A program made the position numbers and the translations under genes. Positions 55,168 through 64,000 of a stretch of 64,000 nucleotides of DNA are shown one piece after another (within the stretch, counting starts at the first letter, position 1; every line of letters begins with the position of its first letter). Source of the DNA: the human T2T-CHM13v2.0 reference genome, Homo sapiens; NCBI RefSeq assembly GCF_009914755.1, contig NC_060932.1. One strand, 5' to 3'. Below the pieces are notes generated by a model. It did no database searches and had not been told where the DNA came from. It was given only the letters and a program-made list of their open reading frames with translations.

Positions 55168-55689
55168 TAATTTTATATTTTAAAACAAAAATAAATGTGC
55201 CATTTTTGTACTCTAAATTGTGGAAAATAAAATCTGACAAAATACTTTGGCTTGCTGGAGACAAATGCCCAACAGCACAGTGCTCCTCTGGGGGTGGGAG
55301 CCTGGCCTCGTGGGGTCAGGGTTTCAAGGGGAAGGAGTGGACATGGGGTCAGACTTGGACATGGGGTTTCAGGTTTGAGGACCATGACACTGTGAGTGTT
55401 GGGACCTTCACAGGGATCGTCTCTTCTGATTGGCTCCTTGCAACCTCAGTGGCATCAAAAGCATGAGCTTCAACAGTTTCCCAAACTTCCCAAACCACAG
55501 AATAACCTCATGGCTGTGGGGAAATGCGCATTCCTCGGTCCCACCACAAACATGAGCCGGAGACTCTGGATTCATTTTGACACACAACCTATGGCACTGT
55601 TCTAATCTGGCCAGATTGTAACACAGGTTTCTAAGTCAGGTAATATATCTGTATTCATCAAATTCCAAATTCCATACAAAGATAAACCC

Positions 55690-57400
<1,711 letters not shown>

Positions 57401-57868
57401 GTGGTCTGATGAGGGAGAGGGAATTTGTTCTAGCTGCAGGAGGGTCTCGAGGCTGGGGCAGGTGTGTGACAGGAAACGGTGTGGTTTGTGTTTAACCTGA
57501 ACTCACCGCGGCCATCCCTACTATAATAGTATTTAGTGGCCAAAGTTTACCCCAGTTTTTTCTAGTTCCTCCTATTATTTGAGATTTTGTACTGACATAA
57601 GGGGAATTGAGGAAGTTTAGCAGGACACACTAAACATGTGATCTAAGTTCAGAATCTCCTGAACATCCGTTTAGGACTGGTCTTGCTCAGCGTTACTGTA
57701 GGTGGTTTGGGGAAGCAAAAGGAGAACAAAGGAAGTCAAGTTACAAGTAAGTTTAGCGTGTGCTTCCTATAAGCTAAGACAAAGGAGGGGGAGTTGCAAG
57801 GATATAGATCCTCAAACACCCCAGGGCATATAGCCGGACTCGGTAGCTTGCAGCAGCTTAATGCAGGG

Positions 57869-58217
57869 TGTCTTAGTTCATTTGGCTGCTACATCAAAAT
57901 ACCTTAGACTGGGTAATTTATAAACAACAAAATTTATTGCTCACAGTTCTGGAGGCTGGGAGGTCTGAGGTGCCAGGAGATTGAATGGCTGGTGAGGGCC
58001 TGTCCCCCATAGATAGTGGCTTGTATCTGTCCTCACATGGCAGAAAGGGCTGGCAGCTCCCTCAAACCTCTTTATAAGGGCACAAATTCTATTCAGGAAC
58101 CCTCCACTCCTAAGATCTAATCACCTCCCAAAGGCTCCACCTCTTATTACCATCACATTGGGGGTTAGGTGTCCACATATGAATTTTGGGGGACATATAC
58201 ATTTAGACCACATAGCA
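57869..58217 (-). mobile_element. MLT1A/MSTD-like MaLR solo LTR
   Basis: tgtcttagttcatttggctgct...attgctcacagttctggaggctggga...gaattttggggggaca...catagca; TSD caggg/aaggg. Confidence 0.88.
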
Positions 58218-58658
58218 AAGGGGGTGGAATCGTATGACACTGACATCAAAGTGGGTAGGGAACACACAAAATGGGCTTTAAGTATCAAGGATTAGAGAAA
58301 GAGGCATTTATGGATAGCAAAGATGAGCCTCAGCACAACCGTAAGACCCATGATAGAAATGTCCCCTTCTCTTTGCACTTAGGCCCCACCCCCACCCATC
58401 TGAGCCTTCCCTCCCAGACCTATGGGCCTCCTGTTGACTTTAGGATCCACCATATTGCTATTGCACCAAGGTGCCCAGGGCAGCCATCCCTCTCATCTCT
58501 CTGCATTTGCACAGGCCACTCCTCCTACTGGGAGGCCCTCTTCCCCTTCTTTGCCTGGCATCTCTTGCTTACTCTTCCAGATTCAGCTCCAGTACCTTGC
58601 CACCTCCAGAAGCCACCTGACCTATCCCTATATGTGACAGTCACTGACACTCAACCAC

Positions 58659-59154
58659 TGTGACAAATTTCATGTGTCAACTTGACTAAGCCATGCGGTA
58701 CCCGGATATCTGGTTAAATATTATAAACATTATTTCTGGGTGTGTCTGTGAGGGTGTTTCCAAGAGAGATTAGCATTTGGATCATAAGACTGCATAAAAA
58801 CCTGTCCTCTTCAACATGGGTGGGCACATCCAACCCATGGAGGGCATGAATAGAATAAAAAGGCAGAGGACAATGGAATTCTTTTTTCTCTCTCTCTCTC
58901 TCCTCTCTCTCCTGTCTCTCTCTCTCTCTCTCCTGACTGCTACCCTGGGACATTACTCTTTGCTTGTCCTGGGACTGAGACTTAAACCATCAGCGTTCCT
59001 GGTTCTCATGTTTTCAGACTTGGACTAGAATTTACTCCACCCACTGAGGGATGGCAGGTGACAGATCATGGGACTTCTCAGCCTCCAGAATCACGTGAGC
59101 CAATTCCTTATAATATGTGTCTTATTGATTGTTTCTCTGGAGAACCCTAATACA
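58659..59154 (+). mobile_element. MLT2B/C/D-like ERVL solo LTR with (CT)n tract
   Basis: tgtgtcaacttgactaagcca...tgggtgtgtctgtgagggtgtttcc...gtttctctggagaaccctaataca. Confidence 0.88.
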
Positions 59155-59369
59155 GCCATCTCCTTGAAGCACCCAGTGCTATGTGCTGCACGCATCCCCG
59201 TATGCTACACCCACATTGCACACTTCAAAGAAGGTCTCCCCCATTATGCTCTGAGCTTCCCCAGGGGAAGAAGATGAACAAAGCATCCAATATATGTTTG
59301 TAAAAATGAATGAGCAAACAAAGCAATAAAAGCAAGAAGCCCTGGGGGGCAAATCCCTGCCCTCCACCA

Positions 59370-59570
59370 CTACCACTTACCCCAACTAAGTGACTCTGGA
59401 CAAGGTAGTAAACCTCTCTTAGCCTCAGTTTCCATGCTTGTAGAATGAAGAGAAGAATAGCACCTTCTCAGAGGATTGTAATAGGACTAGATAAGATAAT
59501 GCAGGTGAAATGCCCAGCCAGTATCTGGTGCCTAAAATGCATTCAATTAATGTTAGCTACTGTCATTGCC
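59370..59570 (+). mobile_element. MIR
   Basis: aacctctcttagcctcagtttcc...cagaggattgtaatagga...aatgttagcta. Confidence 0.75.
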
Positions 59571-60629
59571 ATTAATGAGAATTTAGTTAATGAGGTTTCA
59601 AGCTTGGGTTTACATTTAACAAAAGGGTCCCGGGCTGGGCACAGATAAACAGAGGCATTTTCTATAAGGAGAGCTCTTTCCACTGTACTCTGCCCCTTTC
59701 CAATAAGTCATCCCCACTCCAGCTGTGGCCAGAGCCAGGCGTCCTGGGCCCTGCCTCTGCAGATGAATGCAGAGCATCTCCTGAATGCATCCTCCTTAGG
59801 AGAGGCTGCCTCCACAGCAGAGTGCCTGAGCTCTCTGGGGCTTCTGCAATCTGGGTTTGCAGCCAGTGGCATGTGGAGTCCAAGAGGGCAGATGCAAAAT
59901 CACAGTACCATGGACTTCCCAGAGCACATATCAGAAATGCTTCCTGAACAGCAAACCTCAACTTCACAGACGGTCCCATCGGAAAACAGCTGACAAAGGC
60001 CTGGTTATGTAATGGAAGCAGCAAATAACTAGCACAAATACTCCCCAACAGAAGTGGAAGAAACACCCCCTAAGGCCTGAGTCATTCTCTAGGAGGAGAC
60101 CACAGAGAAATCTGCTTGCATAAGCCCAAGTATTGAGAAGGCCCTAGACCAGACTTAACTTAAAATCATCAGAGAACACCCTGCCGACCTGAAGGGAAAG
60201 AGGATAGGCTAAGGCTTGGGGACTTCCCAAGGTGCACTTCGAAGTGTCTCTTCTCTTCCTGGGATGGTGTGGGGAGGGGGCTGGTGTGCAAGAGTTTATG
60301 GGCAACAGTTGCTTACACAACAGACGGGAAAGCCCAGGCTACCAGCTTGGCCTCCTCAGGGAGTTTCTGAAGGGAGTTTCTCCTTTGGATGCCCCGTAGT
60401 CAGCACATAGCAGGCTCTGGATGAAAGTTGCTGAATGAATAAATCTGTTTCCCTGCATGTCAGGCTCCTAGCCAGCAAGGAACTCCAGAGGACCAGGAGT
60501 GGAAGTAGGTCATCAGGATGGACGGGGAGGTGACTCAGTAGCATCTCCCAGAACGCCTTTGTCCTACAGTTTTATAGGCCCAGGGAGCTAGACTTGCGCT
60601 GTCCACACAGGAAGACCTGTGTTTCTTCT

Positions 60630-60990
60630 AGCTAAGGGTTAACACCCAGCTCTCAGCAATGTGAAGTGAGTTACCGCCTAGATTATAAATCAGCGAGTGC
60701 TGCGTAAAGAGCTGCTGAAGAAATAGGCTATGCTTTAAAAGCCCTTAAATGTGGATTTAATTTTATACTGCGATTCACATTTGGAAAGTTGCTAAATATC
60801 AATCTGTGCGTGTGTCCAGTGCCCGCTCCAAACGGAGGGGGGTGTGTGTGTGTGTGTGTGTGTGCGCGCTCGTGAGCGTGATACAGCTTCAGAGACGAGC
60901 ATGGAGCCTTTACTCTCCACACGCGGTCCTCTTCCCCATGCCATGTTATTAGTACGGCCTTTGGCAACACTGCCTGTCACAGCTTTTGAC
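60630..60990. promoter_or_regulatory. candidate enhancer with (GT)n(CG)n tract and local CpG retention
   Basis: TGATTTAT on the minus strand 60685-60692, ggatttaatttta, (GT)11gcgcgc 60842-60869, many CpGs in non-repeat sequence. Confidence 0.4.
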
Positions 60991-61811
60991 TTTGAACCCA
61001 GCCCCAGAGACAAGTCAAGGCCTTCAAAGTTAGACCTGGTCTCCCCCTGATGCCATCATGCCACGTCAGTCAGGGACAAAGGTGGACTCAGCGAAAGGCC
61101 AAGCCCTCTCAGTTTCCATGGGCTACACTGGTTGGGTTCAGGCTCTGACCTTCTTCACAGCAAACTTCAGAGACGGTACCAACTTCTAGATGCCGTCCCT
61201 GGCAGCATCCCCACCAGGCACAGGGCAGAGAGCATGGAACTGGGGCTCACCGACTGCAGTTCTTATCCCAGATCTGCCACTAACTGGCAGAGGGAGCTCC
61301 AACCCATTGCTTAACCTCTCCAGCCCTCAAGCTTCCCATGGGGAATCCAGACAAAAACAGCTGCTCAGCCTACTTCATATCTTCCCTGTGAGGACTGAAA
61401 AGAGATCATGGCTATGAAATAGAACTTTGAAAACATGAAGCTCCACGTCTGTGCCACGGGTAATTACTGCAGCCTGGTGTCAGCCTGGTCAAGGCCATGT
61501 GCTGGGAGGGCTGATCTCCTGGGCCATCTCTGCTAATGGCCAGGTGGAGCAGCACCATGGGGGGAAAGGCATCCTTGCCTGGTGCCAATGACCTGGGCTC
61601 CAGGGCAGCACCTGCCTAGACCCCAATTTCTCCCATGTAATAGGGAGTCAGACCACTTGATCTCAAAGGCCCCTCCCAGAACTATGTGCCACGAGTCTAT
61701 GCACCAGACTGAATGCCTGAACCTTCTCTCCAATGATGTTCAGAGGTTTATTTAGGGATTTGCAGAGCCAATATGCCAAGCACCAAGCTAGGTGGTCAAG
61801 ATGACATACAG

Positions 61812-62132
<321 letters not shown>

Positions 62133-62229
62133 TTAAGGTGCCTGGCCTCAAGGAGCTTACATTTGAGTCTAAATGTCGGGACTTAGGGCACATCAAATCA
62201 CTGAACCAGAAACTTTTTTTTTTTTCACT

Positions 62230-62470
62230 CATCATAAAAATTTGCTGAGCACTTACTATGGGTCAAGAATTCTGTTACCCACTTATGCTGTCTTGTTTAA
62301 TCTTCCACTACCCTCTGCAAGAAATATTGCTACCTCCATTTTATAAGCAGGGAAACACAAGGTCAGAGAGGTGAAAAACGTGCCCAAGTTCACACAGCTG
62401 TCACATGACAGCACAGAATAGAAACACATGTCCTGCTTCACTCCAGATCTACATTCTTGAGCACAAGGGG
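62230..62470 (-). mobile_element. MIR
   Basis: ccattttataagcagggaaacacaaggtcagagaggtgaaaaacgtgcccaagttcacacagct. Confidence 0.8.
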
Positions 62471-62575
62471 CTCATTGGCTGGAGTTGGCAAAGAAGGCTT
62501 TGTGAAAGAGATATGCAGTTGCTTATTCATTTACTTACACCCCACATAATTCCAAAAAGGTTTAAAGTTGTGTTT

Positions 62576-62872
62576 CTTTTTTTTGTTTGAGACAGAGTCT
62601 CGCTCTGTCGCCCAGACTGGAGTGCAATGGTGCAATTTCCACTCACTGCAACCTCTGCCTCCAGGTTCAAGCGATTCTCCTGCCTCAGCCTCCCGAGTAG
62701 GTGGGACTACAGGCGTGTGCCACCACACTCAGCTAATTTTTTTGTACTTTTAGTAGAGACGGGGTTTCGCCATGTTGGTCTGGCTAGTCTTGAACTCCTG
62801 ACCTCAAAGGATCTGCCCGCCTCAGCCTCCCAAAGTGCTGGGATTACAGACATGAGCCACTGTCCCCAGCCT
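62576..62872 (-). mobile_element. Alu (AluS-type)
   Basis: full dimer; TSD aagtt(g/c)tgtttct. Confidence 0.96.
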
Positions 62873-62989
62873 GAAGTTCTGTTTCTAATCAAAAGTGTTC
62901 AATCACTGCAAAATATCAAATGTAAAAGATCAAACCCATAGAGTAGAATTGGAAGGATAATTAAACATGAAACTGAACTAAAGTGTTTT

Positions 62990-63130
62990 CTTTAACCATT
63001 TGTTCTTTCATTTATCTCTTTATTCAATGAGTATTCATGGAGTATATCATAAGTTTCAGACACCATGTGTTCTGTGCTGGGTGTACTGGGCAGAATGACA
63101 CACTCCATGGCCTTAAGGAACCTAAAGTCT
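62990..63130 (-). mobile_element. L2 3' end fragment
   Basis: ttattcaatgagtattcatggag...tctgtgctgggtgtactggg. Confidence 0.5.
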
Positions 63131-63729
63131 GTGTATATGTGCATCTGTGTGTTGAGAAAAAAAAAATAAGACAATCAGCCTGAGAGTGTTCAGATAGAAG
63201 TGGGCATGGGTCATCCAGGACCATTAAAGGTGGCCTCTTTCCCAGCCTTGGGGAGCCAGAGAAGCTTTCCTTGAGAAATTTGTAAAAGGAGGTTGGGCAG
63301 TACAAGTATGTCAGACATCACAGCTCTTGAGCAGAAACTTAACTGTGTTTTCTGGCAACCAAAGCACAAAGGGACAATAAGATCTGTTCCATCATGCTCT
63401 AACATCAAGGAAGACTATTTTTCCCGTACTAAGATCTAGGGTCTTATATATCCGTATGGAAGGGACATTTTCTGTAATGAACAGTGTCTTCCAGAATGAG
63501 CTTTTGAACAATGCAAGCCTTCATGAAGTGGCTGTGACTGATAGCAAACCCCACTGGAGCCAAGAGTAGAATGTTAGAATGTCCTCCAGTCATCACATTT
63601 ACACAGGGAATCAAACTATTGCAGTCTCTTCACACGGCTTTCCAACTCTCAAATTTGGTTCAGCAACGGAATGAGAAGAATGCAAGCATAGGCAGAGAGG
63701 ACATGGGGATAAAGGAAATTAAAAGGGAA

Positions 63730-63940
63730 CCTATTTTTTAAGACCTACTCCATACCAGGCCCTGCACTAGGCACTTAATGTGCATTAGCTCATTCAATAC
63801 CCCCAACTCTCCAAAGCAAATGTCACGTAACCCCCTTTACAGAGGGAAAAATCGAGGCTTATAGGGTTAAGTGGCTTCCAAAGGTCATATAGTTAGAGTT
63901 TATTGAGGGACCCAAAGACTGAGCTGGTCCACACTGAGAC
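63730..63940 (-). mobile_element. MIR
   Basis: acctactccataccaggccctgcactaggcactt...tttacagagggaaaaatcgaggctt. Confidence 0.8.
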
Positions 63941-64000
63941 AGCCCAGTTTCATAAGCTGCCCATCCATACCTTACCTGGCCCAGTCATTCTAGATCCCCT

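Overview
Primate (human-like) non-coding genomic DNA, intergenic or deep intronic. I find no credible protein-coding gene, structural RNA gene or CpG island; the ORF track is explained by Alu/LTR/LINE sequence and chance. Most of the window is a mosaic of interspersed repeats: about 17 Alus, L1M and L2 fragments, many MIRs, MaLR/ERVL/ERV1 LTRs (including a complete MSTA-like provirus at 34474-36918) and hAT/Tigger DNA-transposon fossils. Several short repeat-free islands rich in homeodomain, PBX-HOX, MEIS and FOX motifs look like developmental enhancers. The most unusual structure is a ~309 bp, ~89% identical inverted duplication (37763-38071 vs 40090-40398). One copy splits an L2 element, and the pair brackets a ~2 kb interval containing an enhancer-like block. 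Repeat subfamily names come from my recollection of consensus sequences, not from a search, and boundaries of old elements are approximate. I cannot identify the locus and do not claim a novel gene system.
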